A DNA stretch of 64,000 nucleotides. It comes from Neodothiora populina (Eukaryota). Positions 1 to 11,636 of the stretch are shown piece by piece. The position numbers and the translations under genes were made by a program. Below the pieces are notes generated by a model. The model was not told where the DNA came from, searched no databases, and was given only the letters and a program-made list of their open reading frames with translations. The DNA lies in the NCBI RefSeq assembly GCF_041146345.1, contig NW_027191415.1:1178001-1242000 (forward strand). The letters run 5' to 3'. Position 1 is the stretch's first letter, and each line of letters opens with the position of its first letter.

Positions 1-2
1 TC

Positions 3-662
3 TTTATCGGTCAATTCATTGGCTTTGTTGCCTGCTGGATTGCCAACGACATATACATACGCCGAAATCGCGCACCTCACAGCGATGCAAGGCTTGAGAC
101 CCGTCTCTATCTCTCTATCCCGTCAACAATATTCGCCTTGTCCGGCGGCTTCTTTGTGTATGCATGGACCTCTTCGACTTCGTCTATTCACTGGATTCTT
201 CCTACTCTCGGCCTCGCTCTTGTCGGCTTCGCCTCGATGGTGATTGTCACGGCTGTCGACATTTACATCACCGACTCGTACGCTAAATATGCGGGCTCAG
301 CCATAGCGGCAGTCACATTTGGTGAAAACACGTTCAGTGCGTTCCTTCCTCTTGCGACACAGAGCATGTATTCCACGCTAGGCTTTCCATGGGCGAGCAG
401 TCTGCTGGGGTTCGTTGGGCTGGCACTGGTGGTGGCGCCTATTGTTCTTGTCTGGAAAGGAGAGGCAGTCAGAGGGAGGAGTCGATTCATGAGTACTGGT
501 CAATTGCTAGGGAGCAAAGCCGAAGAAGACGGCATGGACAGAGACGCACCATCACGTCCAAACCTGGCTCCTGTCGCTCAGAGGAAGAGCAACGAGACAG
601 ACGATGCGAGTGTGTCTTCGTCGCGGACGTTGGTAGGTAACACGGCGATGGCTACAGTATAG
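3..662 (+). CDS. MFS transporter, DHA1 (drug:H+ antiporter)-like, C-terminal part; truncated by window start
   Basis: The frame is open from nt 3 (FIGQFIGFVACWIANDIYIRRN..RLETRLYLSIP) into the 138..662 ORF. It has several TM segments and the DHA1-like C-terminal pattern YITDSYAKYAGSAIAA...FSAFLPL...MYSTLGFPWASSLLGFV...G..VRGRSRF. Confidence 0.85.
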   Translation, partial: FIGQFIGFVACWIANDIYIRRNRAPHSDARLETRLYLSIPSTIFALSGGFFVYAWTSSTSSIHWILPTLGLALVGFASMVIVTAVDIYITDSYAKYAGSAIAAVTFGENTFSAFLPLATQSMYSTLGFPWASSLLGFVGLALVVAPIVLVWKGEAVRGRSRFMSTGQLLGSKAEEDGMDRDAPSRPNLAPVAQRKSNETDDASVSSSRTLVGNTAMATV

Positions 663-842
663 AGCACACAATCTTACAATTTTCATCTTCAATCATTAAC
701 GAAGTTCTCTGAAGTGATGTTACAGAGACGCGACACCCCCTACCTTTGACTAATGCGTTACTGCCTCCCGAGGCTCGACAATCGCTCGACTTGCGCATGC
801 ACACACCCAGACTCACCTACCGATCAGGTCCCTCGTTTAGTA

Positions 843-1775
843 CGCTAAGGGCCTCGTTATTGGGCAATGACTCCTAAATGAATAATCCATGAGTCCCTGA
901 TGAATGGTAGATGAGTCCCTGGTAAATAGTCCATGAGTCCCTGATGAAGAGTCGATGACTTCTTAAAGGCACGCAGCTGGACTTTGCCGTATCTCAAGAA
1001 TTTGCTACCACGAAACATGACTGTGACATCTCCAGAGGTCCTTAACGATGGGCCGCTAGTGCCTGGAGTCTTGCCATCTCGGTGCTGGTGCCCTGCTTTT
1101 CCAGTGTTTCAGCGAGGTCAGCGTTTGTGTTGGCCAGCGCGTCGATGGTCCCATCTCTGGTCCAGACAGTGTCATGGGATTGCTGCAAACCCGCCTGCAA
1201 CTGGGCATTCAAGTTCCCCTGTGCGTCGACTGCCTCTTGGGCATCGCGGCGAGCTCTCTCCACCTGCGCGTCATTGTCCGTCTTTGCTTGTGACAAGCTG
1301 CAAGCCTCTTATTGTGGCGTTGGCATCGGCGAGCTTTGTCCGCAGCTGACGGTTGGCATGCTCAATCGTTCTAGCCGACTCCGCAGCTCTGACAGCAACT
1401 TCGTACTCCCTACGTCTAGGTATCATCTGTCCATCGATCCACTGATCGGCAGCTGGTGGAGGGCGTGCGCTGCGAGAAGCTTGAGGTCAAGATGCCATTG
1501 TGTTGTGATCAAAAGCACGAATCACTGATCAAAGAATTCAAGGTAACGTGATTGATATATCTTTATGGTGATCTTGAGGTCTTTGAAAGCAAAGTTTTTG
1601 AAAGCGAGGAAAGAAAAGCGTGATCAAAAGATATTATAGCCGAGTTCACAGCCTCAAGTGCAGCATAGTCGACGAGTCCCTGCTGATAAGTCAATGAGTC
1701 TACTGGCATAAATGGCCAATGACTACTATATGACTACCGGGTCAATAGTCAATCACTAAAGTCGAGCTCCTTCAA
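843..1775. mobile_element. MITE-like family, copy A (extended copy with about 700 bp of extra internal sequence)
   Basis: Degenerate left TIR TA|CGCTAAGGGCCTCGTTATT and right TIR TAAAGTCGAGCTCCTTCAA|TA. The family's periodic array is present at about 862-965 and about 1665-1758. Confidence 0.6.
1042..1498 (-). pseudogene. Disabled coiled-coil ORF inside MITE copy A
   Basis: ATG at 1498, in-frame TGA at codon 4, then an open helical-looking frame (EYEVAVRAAESARTIEHANRQLRTKLADANATIRGLQ). A frameshift near 1297 leads into the 1042..1296 ORF (AQVERARRDAQEAVDAQGNLNAQLQ). Confidence 0.45.
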
Positions 1776-4700
1776 TACATTACAGTGCTATTGAGAAGAC
1801 TGGATCAAGAATGTGAACCTAGTGATAGCGTCGAGATGCAGGAATAATCTGTACCTTGATTGTAGCTACTCGATATGGCTCAGGCATAATCAATGCCGTC
1901 GCAGCGACATTCTGTCAAGCATGCGTAGCCGCAGACCGCAAGGTCCGAAAACGAAAGGTTCACATCTTTGGCGTCGACATCATCATTCCATCAAGAATGT
2001 TTCATCCTGCCAGGGTCAGGAATTGTTGATCCCCAGGAATGTGAACTCAGAATTGTAAGAACTGTCCGTTTTGGGAACACCCCACGAGGCTTGTTCTTCC
2101 GGTGTTCAAGTAGACGAAAGGCGCGTAGATACACCCTTGTGAATGAGCGGATTCGTGGCATGTAGCGTCACCATAGACACGTGCCGAACGTTTGACCAGG
2201 GTGGTGGTTTGGTTCCCTGGAATCGATGAGCGTCACTCACTCACAAGCTCGATCCCGCCCTATCAGTACACGTATTTGTAGACAGGTAGTTACTTTCGGC
2301 ATCGTCCCGCCCGGCTTTCGGGGAGCCAGGTTGAGCTTGGAGATGGAAAGACGGAAAGGCCCTGCTTCAACTGAACGTCGTTCCAGTCCAGCAATGTGTA
2401 TGTAAGCTTGTAAAAACAGTCTTGCAGTTGGATCAACTCGACAACGACGACATGTGCACACTCAAGCCAGACTGGAGCACAGTCCACGCATATTGTGGTC
2501 ACAAGACCAGTAGTAGTCGACGCACACATCAAGGTCAGTGATGGAAACTTTTGCTAGCGAGGAACAAGTGAGCGATTTCCAAAATGTCGAGCAGAAAAGG
2601 CTGACGCGCGGACAATTCAATGTCACTCAAGCCGAAGGATGCATGCTTGATTGTCGAGGAGGACTTGTACGGTACGGCTCCGGAGAATAAGTCAGGATGA
2701 CTTATTGAATTTGCGATAGAGTTTGACAATCAGCACATTTCAGTCGATGGCATGTACACAAGAAGCCGGTCATGAAGTCTCGACCATGGCTGTGTATGTA
2801 TTTTTGGCTGTGTATTTGACTTTTGCTGACGTTGTTGACTTTCCACCAATCGGCCAGCTTGAAAGTGTAAATTTTGCCACCATAGACGCTTTGCCTCAGA
2901 TCTGTATCCTATCGTTATATTATCGAAAGAAAACAAGATAAAAGAAGACATTACAGTCTTCGGCCAGATATCCGCGGTGGCCAGTTGCCTCAGAGACGTG
3001 CAACAAACCTCCACATGTCGTACCGGCAGCCGTTGGTCATTTTGCGGAGATGAACTGCCCAAACGGAAACGGTCAAGAAGATAATCAATCAGTATTGACA
3101 ATCTCAATGAAGCGGAAATGAAGTGAATACAGCTTTGACAGAAACAGATAGAGATACGAAAAGTTGGATGATCAATCTCGACCCCGAGCGCTCGGGTGGC
3201 ATCATTCCGATTGGCTCGGGGATAAGGGTCTGGTATAGGTGCACAGTGCTCTGAATACATTCGTAATGACGTCCTCGAAGGCTGGGGCGACTACTGGTTC
3301 TACACATCCTGCCGCATGCAAAAGGCTGACAAGTGCCGTACTACTATAACGTACGGCACGTGATGGTTGCAAGTGTCTTATGTGGTTGATCAAACAGAGA
3401 TTGGTGGCTGGGAAGATGTGAACCACTCTCATTCCTTGCATCAAGCTCAATTCGCAGAAGAAACAATCGCCGTTGTACAATCATCAAGCAAGGTGTGGTC
3501 CGAGATATAGAATACCTGACCGTTCTGCGATAAGAGATAGAGACGGATGAGTCTGACAGAGAAGAAGAAGATGACTCTCATCTGCCCATGTCGTGCAATG
3601 TAGAGGTACATGCTACCTGCAGACTAAAAATGCATGGGTCAAACAGGCGTCTGTAGTGAATGCAGCCAGCAAGCTGCAAGCGTCTTACAGGTCGTATAAT
3701 CAAACATCAAGTGATCGGAAAGCAGCTGGGAAGAGGTCGGGCAGAGAGACAGAGTTACCGTTGTCCCCCAAGTGCCGCGCAGAGTAGACCCGCCATGGCA
3801 TAGAAACTAAATGACTGCTATTCTTGTCACAGACCTCAGAGAGGCAAAGGTTTGAGCGAGTCGACGGCACAGAGATGTGTGTGAGTGTGGTTGAAGATGA
3901 TCATGCAAGCGCCGACGGTTGGACTCGACGCCGCGCAACGCTGGGAGGTGCAACGACGCTAAAGCCACTTCTACAACGTCATTAAACCCGGAGCAACGAC
4001 AGTCATGACAGGAATACCATGAGTGTTCTCGAAATTCATGCGCAACTATCATGCAGCGGACATAGACCCTACCATACATACTTCGAAATGAAGCTACATG
4101 TCGCTTGAACGCCACAACCCTTCAGGCGGTCGCGGAAGCGCAGCTCCCCCGCCTCCAAGACGTCGATCACATCTCTTTGATGCCGCAAGCTTGTCGCCCG
4201 TCACAACCGGAGCCGCATGCATTGCAGCATTTCTCGACTGTTGGCTGCAGCAAAGACAGCACATGGTAGCATCTCTTACAAGACCTTCTGGTTTCGTCGA
4301 CGGCAAGACGCAATCGATCGATTGGCCGAGAATGCAATGCACTGCCCATCTTAGGGCTGTCACCTCGGATTGCCCTTTTATCCTTGCACTGTGGAGACAG
4401 GCTGCATTCATCAATCATGCCCCGGGACTACTGTAAAGTCTCTTCCTTCATCTCGAGCGATCGTCCCAGGCGCCTCCACTCCGCAACCGTGACCACATCT
4501 CGCGCTAGGCCAGCCGTCCTGGCCAAGCCAGAAGGACGGGTGACTTTCGTGATTTGAATCCGGATTCAGCGTTGAGCTAGCGTACAGTTGCGCGGCGTTA
4601 CCGTTCGCGTCCTTTTGTAACTCAACCCCCACCAGCCAGCCCCCCCCCCCCCTCTCCTAAAGGTACATGTGCATTCCTTGGGTGCCACGCCGATATATAA

Positions 4701-4906
4701 TAACGTTCTTCATTCCTCTTTTTCGATTCTTTTTGTTTACACAGCAACTCGTCACTTACTTAATAACCCATCAAACCCTTGGACAAAGACACCGCAAGAG
4801 ACCCATTCGCTAATAGTCCTTCGTCTGTCAACCCACTGTCGTTCTCCTCATCCTCGCCGCTGTTACTGCATATTCTTATAATCAAAAAACAAATCATCTA
4901 TTCAAA

Positions 4907-5938
4907 ATGAAGGGATTCGCTGTTCTCGCTTTCGCTGGCGCCGTCGCTGCCATGCCCGCTGCCCAGGCTGTTACCTCTGCCATTGCTCCTCAGGAGACCA
5001 CTCCTGCCTCTTGCTCGACCAACTACCCTGGCACTTTCCAGATCTCGATCGTCAACGTTACCAAGTCCAAGCGTACTCTGGAGGCACGCAAAGACCTCAC
5101 CATCACCCTCAAGGATGGTGTTCTTACTGACGACGAGGGCCGCACCGGTTACATTGCCTCGAACAACCAGTTCCAATTCGACGGTCCCGCCCAGGCTGGT
5201 GCCATCTACACCGCTGGCTGGTCCGTCTGCGCCAACCAGACTCTTGCCCTCGGCAACTCCGCCATCTTCTACCAGTGCTTGAGCGGAACCTTCTACAACC
5301 TTTACGACGAGTCCACTGGAGACCAGTGCTCTCAGATCTTCATTGACGTCGTCGGTGGTGGCTCTGCTGTCTCCGCTGCTTCTGATGGCCAGGCCACTGC
5401 TGCCTCCGCCACCGGTGCTGTCACCCAGATCACTGACGGTCAGCTCCAGGCTACCACTGCCACTCCCTCCCCCGTCACCCAGATCAGTGATGGTCAGATC
5501 CAGGCTACCACTGGCAAGCCCGTTGTCTCCCAGATTAGCGATGGTCAGATCCAGGCCACCACCGGCGCTGTCGTCTCTCAGATCTCCGACGGTCAGATTC
5601 AGGCTACCACTGGCACTGCTGCTGTCGTTTCCCAGATCTCCGACGGTCAGATCCAGGCCACCACCGGAAAGCCCAGCGCTGCCGTTGTCACTCAGATCTC
5701 CGACGGTCAGATCCAGGCCACCACTGGCAAGCCCAGCGTTGTCACCCAGATCGGTGATGGTCAGATCCAGTTCCCTACCGCTGGTGCTAGCTCTGGTGTT
5801 ACCCACGGTGGCAACGGTACCGGCATTGCTGTCGCATCGCCCACTGTCTCCACCTACGCTGGCGCTGCTGCCATTCCTACCATGAAGGCCGAGCTCTTCG
5901 GCCTTGCCGCTGGTGTCCTCGCCATGGCCATGCTTTAA
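4907..5938 (+). CDS. Covalently linked cell-wall protein with PIR repeats and a predicted GPI signal (343 aa)
   Basis: Signal peptide, KR (Kex2-like) site, Pir/Cis3-like Cys domain (GRTGYIASNNQFQFDGP...GWSVC...FYQCLSGTFYNLY), seven [ST]QI[STG]DGQ[IL]Q repeats, hydrophobic C-terminus. TATATAA at about 4694. Confidence 0.93.
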   Translation: MKGFAVLAFAGAVAAMPAAQAVTSAIAPQETTPASCSTNYPGTFQISIVNVTKSKRTLEARKDLTITLKDGVLTDDEGRTGYIASNNQFQFDGPAQAGAIYTAGWSVCANQTLALGNSAIFYQCLSGTFYNLYDESTGDQCSQIFIDVVGGGSAVSAASDGQATAASATGAVTQITDGQLQATTATPSPVTQISDGQIQATTGKPVVSQISDGQIQATTGAVVSQISDGQIQATTGTAAVVSQISDGQIQATTGKPSAAVVTQISDGQIQATTGKPSVVTQIGDGQIQFPTAGASSGVTHGGNGTGIAVASPTVSTYAGAAAIPTMKAELFGLAAGVLAMAML

Positions 5939-7120
5939 AGCTATGCATAGCATCCAACCATTTCTATTTTGATTACTTTAATCAACCATTCCTTTTTCTT
6001 TTCTATGATCTTCATGTCGATAATGAGCATTCTTGACCGAAGGAGGTCGTTTCATTTCACTTCTGGATAATTCGTGGATGGGAGGGACAGATCGGTACAG
6101 GCTCAAAAAAAAACCATTGGCAGTAATGTCAAATTAGGAGGTTTACTTAGGGGAGGGTTCAACAGGACATTCATCAATTCACCATTACCATTAGCACATT
6201 TGCAACAATGTTTCGGACACGAATGATTGTATTCATGGTGGACTCGCAGTACGTTGTGTGGAGGTAATGCTTAAAGCTGGACTTAGCAAGTCCGATTTGC
6301 ATATGGCGGGCAAAACTTAACTCGTATTTTTCATGGCGCTATCCTTGTCATTCCTTAATCCTCTACCAAGAGTACAGTAATTCAGTGGTCTTCAGAGACG
6401 TTTATTTCCAAGACCAGCTCCACTCGTCGATGGTGATTACATGTAGTGTGAAGTAAGCGGCGCGTTCTCATTCTCAACGAAATCCGTCAACGGTCGGATG
6501 CGAAAAGGGGCAAGTTCCTGTTCTCAGCCCGGTACGATTGGTTGCTGCCCAAAATCTGACACGTGGAACACTTATAGCATGGCAGATCACCATCTGTCTA
6601 GCAGGCATTCGAATTCGCATCTACATAGTGAGCCGTCGTTTCTGCTTCGTATTTTTTCGATTTTGAACATCACCGAGTGAGGTCAGAACAACCGTGATAC
6701 GGCCATGGATAGTCCCTCCTCCTCCCCATTGATTGACGTGTCTCTTGTCGCACGATGAGCGGGAGACCGACAGCTCCCATAGTGCAGATCCACAATTCTC
6801 CACCTTAGCCGACTTGGCATTCAGGAACCTGGAAATCATGATTTGCGGACGACGCTCTGACCTCAATAAAAAGGGATCCACACACTGATTCTGGCAAGAG
6901 AGAGCAAAGCAAGCTTCAGACGTAAGGTACCTCATCGTCAGAGGAGATGCCAACCATGTCCGATGCGAAAAAGACGCGAAAGCTGTTCTTCATGACGCGT
7001 CCGAATGTGTGATTCCGAGTCCATCATCTCGCGTATCGCATAGAGATGTCCTGATCGTGCTTGAAATTCGCAATACGATGCACAAAACCATCCATGGACG
7101 GCGTGACACCTAGACCCAGA

Positions 7121-7123
<3 letters not shown>

Positions 7124-7155
<32 letters not shown>
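7124..7155. repeat. (TGC)n microsatellite, about 10 units
   Basis: Read directly from the sequence. Confidence 0.9.
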
Positions 7156-10100
7156 ATGCTTACGCTTTGCATCTTACGGAGTACAGTGCTATCATGTATA
7201 CCTACAAGCCCAAGACCCACCCCTGAGCTAGGGCAAGCGAACAGCGTAAACCTTGCATCTTTTTGGACTTGCATCGCAGTCCTTTTGACGGACCTTTGTC
7301 CACATCTCGAGGCAAGGAGCGGTTTTCGCGCAATTGTATGAAACATGATGCGAGGCTATGTCTTGGTGGGCTTCCGGCGGACGTACCCTGGTCCTGTTCG
7401 GGGATACTTTTTGGATCCGAATGCACAGTGGCGTCAACAATCGAATCATGCATGCACAGCAGCCAGCCGTGTACAATATGTATGTCACCTTTGCAGTTGC
7501 ACATCTTGCATCTCAAGGCTTAAATGCGGCTTAACCTGCGACCAGCCTCTTTGTCTTCTACATGTTTCCTGGTATTGTGCGACAGTGCGGAAAAAAGCTT
7601 GGACCCCAAGAGGTATGTCTACTCAGTAATGCCTGCATCGCATCATGAGCTTGACAAATGCATGTGAATCTTTGATCGAGTCTATGCAAGGAAGACATGT
7701 ACACATCTAGCGACGTGCGTGACATGCTCCCGCACAGTAAGCGCTTTGCGATTGCAGTATTTCGGGAGCAGTATTCGAGCTCTCCGGGACTCGGCCAATG
7801 TAAGGTAAACAGCAAACATACTGCGGCGTCGTTGAAAAGCCTTTCAGGATTACACTATATTCCCAAAGAACTGGTTTCCTGTTTTCGCCATCAACATTGC
7901 ACGAAATGACCAATGGTCGAAAAAGTGCCTGCCCGTTCCCATGGGTCAAAGGCTACAACCGGGCTCGTCCGCGGGGTCTTCTGAGCAGATCTTGTCAAGC
8001 CGTGTCTCATTGCAAAATTGCCTTACCAAAATACATGGGTTCGCTTGACATGCTGTGCGACCCTCCCCGTAGATCTGTCTTTTGCATGCGTGACCGCATC
8101 AGAGTCTATATTCCCTGCTGCACTACCTTGATCTATCAGAAACACAAGATCTTTTAGGTTTGGAAGAAGAAATCCTGCAAGATGCAAAGGTCTTGGTGGG
8201 TGACTAAAGTTATTACTTGGCTGTTGGTAATATGTCTTGCAGCAAGAGCTCCGCGATGAGAGAGAAAGAAAGCACAGGCAGACTTCGAATAGCGGTGCCC
8301 GAAGGAAAAACGTCGATCTCGTATTGTAATTTGGACAGTGTGAGCAGTCAGATCAGCGACGCCCGTTGACTTGTGGTAATTGCTGTGAATCATCGCGTGA
8401 CGCCGTTCTCATCCGCCCTCGTTCGCAGCAGCAAATGCGAGTTTCTGCTCGTCGATCTTGTTGTGGTCTGCATAATGTACCAGCGCTGGCCTTTGTGCTC
8501 AAAGACATGAGTGCCGAGCTTCTTGCCTATACAAGTATCTCTAGTATACACTTTGATGCACCTTTGACCACCTTCTCAGCTGTGATAGAGACACAGTGGA
8601 AAGGCCTGCTCCCGTGCATACACTGAGCGTCATTCTGTCGGCCTAGCGCATTCTGATACATGCACGCTGCCAGCATACATTGACAGCGGCTTACCTGCTT
8701 TTTGGCGACCTGTTCAGCTGATGTCGGCAAAACAGTGACTGTCAAGTCCTTGATCAAGACTCACGCTGCAATGTGCCAATTTCAACTCTTTGCTGTTCTT
8801 GTACTGCACGCCAGATGCTCCGCTGCTATGCTGGAAAATGACACTGTATAATCTGTGCACTGTCTTATCTACCGCTCTCTCTAGGAGAATAGCGCCTTGA
8901 AATGCGAGTAGTGTGCTGTACGGCCTTATGATCGTCTACTTTAGATCGCAGCTCGTCATTACGGAAAAAGACCATCACTGTCGGATAATCGGCTGTCAAT
9001 TACTCCGTCAACGACTGCCGAACTGAGCCACTGACTCGAGTTGGGACTGTCTCTACTCTTCACTCCTTCTTTCTGAGGCTTCTGTCGAACCGGTCATGCG
9101 ATCATTTTCTGTCTGTTTGATCTAGCATTGACCTGGTGTATACTGTACGTGCTCACTGACTGCGCAGTCGATCACCAATGACATGCTGCGACTCTTCATG
9201 ATAGTAATGATTGTACAGCGGCATGCCAGTTCATGGTTAGTGCGGGGGAAGATACGGTATGGGAGTGTACTGGAGAATAGAGTACAGCATCGAGTGTACG
9301 TCCCAATTTCCATCACAATCTTGGAAATGTTCGGACGATCTTCTCGAATCGCTGGGAGAGGTCGCTGGACGACATCATGTCCTTCCTCTGAATTGCTGAC
9401 TGCATCAAAAACAATATGCGGGACCTCTGCGTCTCCCTCTTCCCCGCGCTTGCCATAGTAATTCATGGATCCAATACCGTCACGCCGTCGCTGGCTTCTC
9501 TCTGTAGACTAGTTGGAGACGGTGGCATGACCACAAGACCTCGATGCCCCAAGAGGCAAGGTCTACGTTCTGTCACTTGCCTATCTGACCGACCTATCTT
9601 GCCCAGCCCGGGTAGTGTTGGCGGTGGCCCTGGTAGCCCTGGTAGCCTATTGTGCATCGTGCGACGGAGGGGACATGGACGTCCGTACATGGGTTGCGGT
9701 GAGTGAACCGGCATGGAGCGAGCTGTGAGGATGGACTCGGTTCATATTCTCCGAGACATTGCTCGAGCTCGCCTTTTCTTGTTTGAGTTTACTATACGGT
9801 AGTGCTCTTGTTGGTTGACATCGTCATTGGGTGCGACTGTCGGTGAAGCACGATGAGGTCAGACGCGTGGGTCGGACTCGGTTCTTCGACTGTTCGAAGG
9901 CGACATCGTTCGCTCCACGACGGCAGTGCTTGCTGCTACTGGGGTGGTCGGGGTGTGACCTTCCGTGCTGCCCTATGTGTTCGCTTAATGCTCAATGTTG
10001 TAGTATAGATGGCTGAATACATTAGTCAACATTAGGTAAGAACAGATCGTGAACACCGGACGAACGCGATCCCTCTTGTTGTCCACAATGTGTCTTTCCC

Positions 10101-11233
10101 TTGGAGCTGCATCAAGCATCAGACCCTCTCTCCGTATGAGAAGACGAGAATAGCCAGGTTCCATGACCGCACCGCCACACTCTCATCTTCTAGACTGGGC
10201 AGCTTGTCGCCGTATCATGATCAGCTTACACAGCAAGACCGAATCACACCGGTGAAAGATATAGTGAGAAGATATATTCTCGTACCTAACTTGGACGTTA
10301 CGGATCAGGACGGGCAGCCAGACAGACCAGAGGAAGTGAAGAACAGGGTCGCCCTCGCGCTCTTGGTGGAGTCAATAGCGTCCACTCCTATCCTAGTGCC
10401 ACGGTTCATGTGCATCCATCCAGTGTATCCAGTATTCTACGTTCGAGTATCTGTGTAAGTCTACGTCTCTATAGCTTGGGCGTCTTGTCTGCTCGTGGCA
10501 TCTTTAGGTGACTTTACCACACGCAATATAAATACTGTAGAGATCGTTTGAGCAGCGATTACATTTTCACGTATACACTTTATTGCATCTGAGACGTTTC
10601 AAAGCTCTCGAATCCCCCTATCATCCACACACAGTAGTCACAGACAGTGACATAGCAAGAACCCCCAGTGCTCTACCAAATCTATATCTTCAATCAAGCA
10701 ACGAAAATGCCATACTACCACTTGAAGTCACAGAGACAGGGTCGCCCTCGGCTTTTTCCCAATCTTCGTCTGGTGCACTTCGTCGATCATTTCTTTGCGT
10801 TCGACAAACGACCAGATTTCGGGTAAAACTTCCTGCTGTGGTGTACACGAGGGGAATGGAATGAGTCTTGTGTATGAGATACTTGTTGGTCGTGTGTTTC
10901 TAGAGGAGATATAGGGCGCCAGATGGTAGACAGGGTCAGCTATCATCAATGTGGATCTGTCGTATTAGTGGTGGAGTCGGGATGGCTATATCAGGAGAGA
11001 AATGGAGGTCATGGGAATGCACGAGATGGTATGGAAGCTAGTATGGGTAGTGCTGGCAATTTAGCGGTTTCATCTGGCCCAGGCATCGCGTAGCATAGCG
11101 TGGCACAGCGTGGCATAGTGTTTTGCTTGACGCTTGAGGTCGGGAGTGATAATTGAACCAGAGGAGCGGCGAGGGATTGGATCTGCCATTGCTTGTTCAT
11201 GCTCTAGGTGAGCTTGGTGTATCGTTCTGCGTA

Positions 11234-11487
11234 CAGAGGAGCCCGGTTCCAGTCAGTGATCTCCAGCTGAACAGTTAGACGACACTTTAGTGAAGAGTCG
11301 ATGACTTTTTAATGAATGTTTGATAATTTTGAGCAAAAGGTCGATGATTCCTTGACGGTTAGCCAATGACTACCCGGTTAATGGTCAAGAATTTCTCAAT
11401 GACTATTGATGACTACTCAATGCATAGCCAATAGTCCCCTTAGTGAACACTCGGTAAATAGTCAAAGACCAACAACGAGCTTCTTTG
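11234..11487. mobile_element. MITE-like family, copy B
   Basis: TA|CAGAGGAGCCCGGTT ... AACGAGCTTCTTTG|TA; the interior is about 20 degenerate 11-bp units. Confidence 0.75.
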
Positions 11488-11636
11488 TACAGTACTCCTC
11501 AAGCTCCTCGTGGACGTATTGATCATGTGGCGTATGTTCTACAACAGTTCTAGTCGATGCTAACAATGAACAGACTCTATCGGTCCCAAATCTATCTCGT
11601 CACTTCAGCGACTACACACAGCGCCGAATACTCATT

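Noticed and set aside
862..965. CRISPR-like regularly spaced repeats
   Set aside because: The units are contiguous and degenerate with no unique spacers, there are no cas genes, and the context is eukaryotic. Better explained as MITE interior.
4898..5953. 351-aa antisense ORF over the PIR gene
   Set aside because: It is the mirror frame of a codon-biased, repetitive gene and has no independent protein features.
9122..10949. Short minus-strand ORFs with protein-like patches
   Set aside because: No coherent exon chain or recognisable domain could be built.
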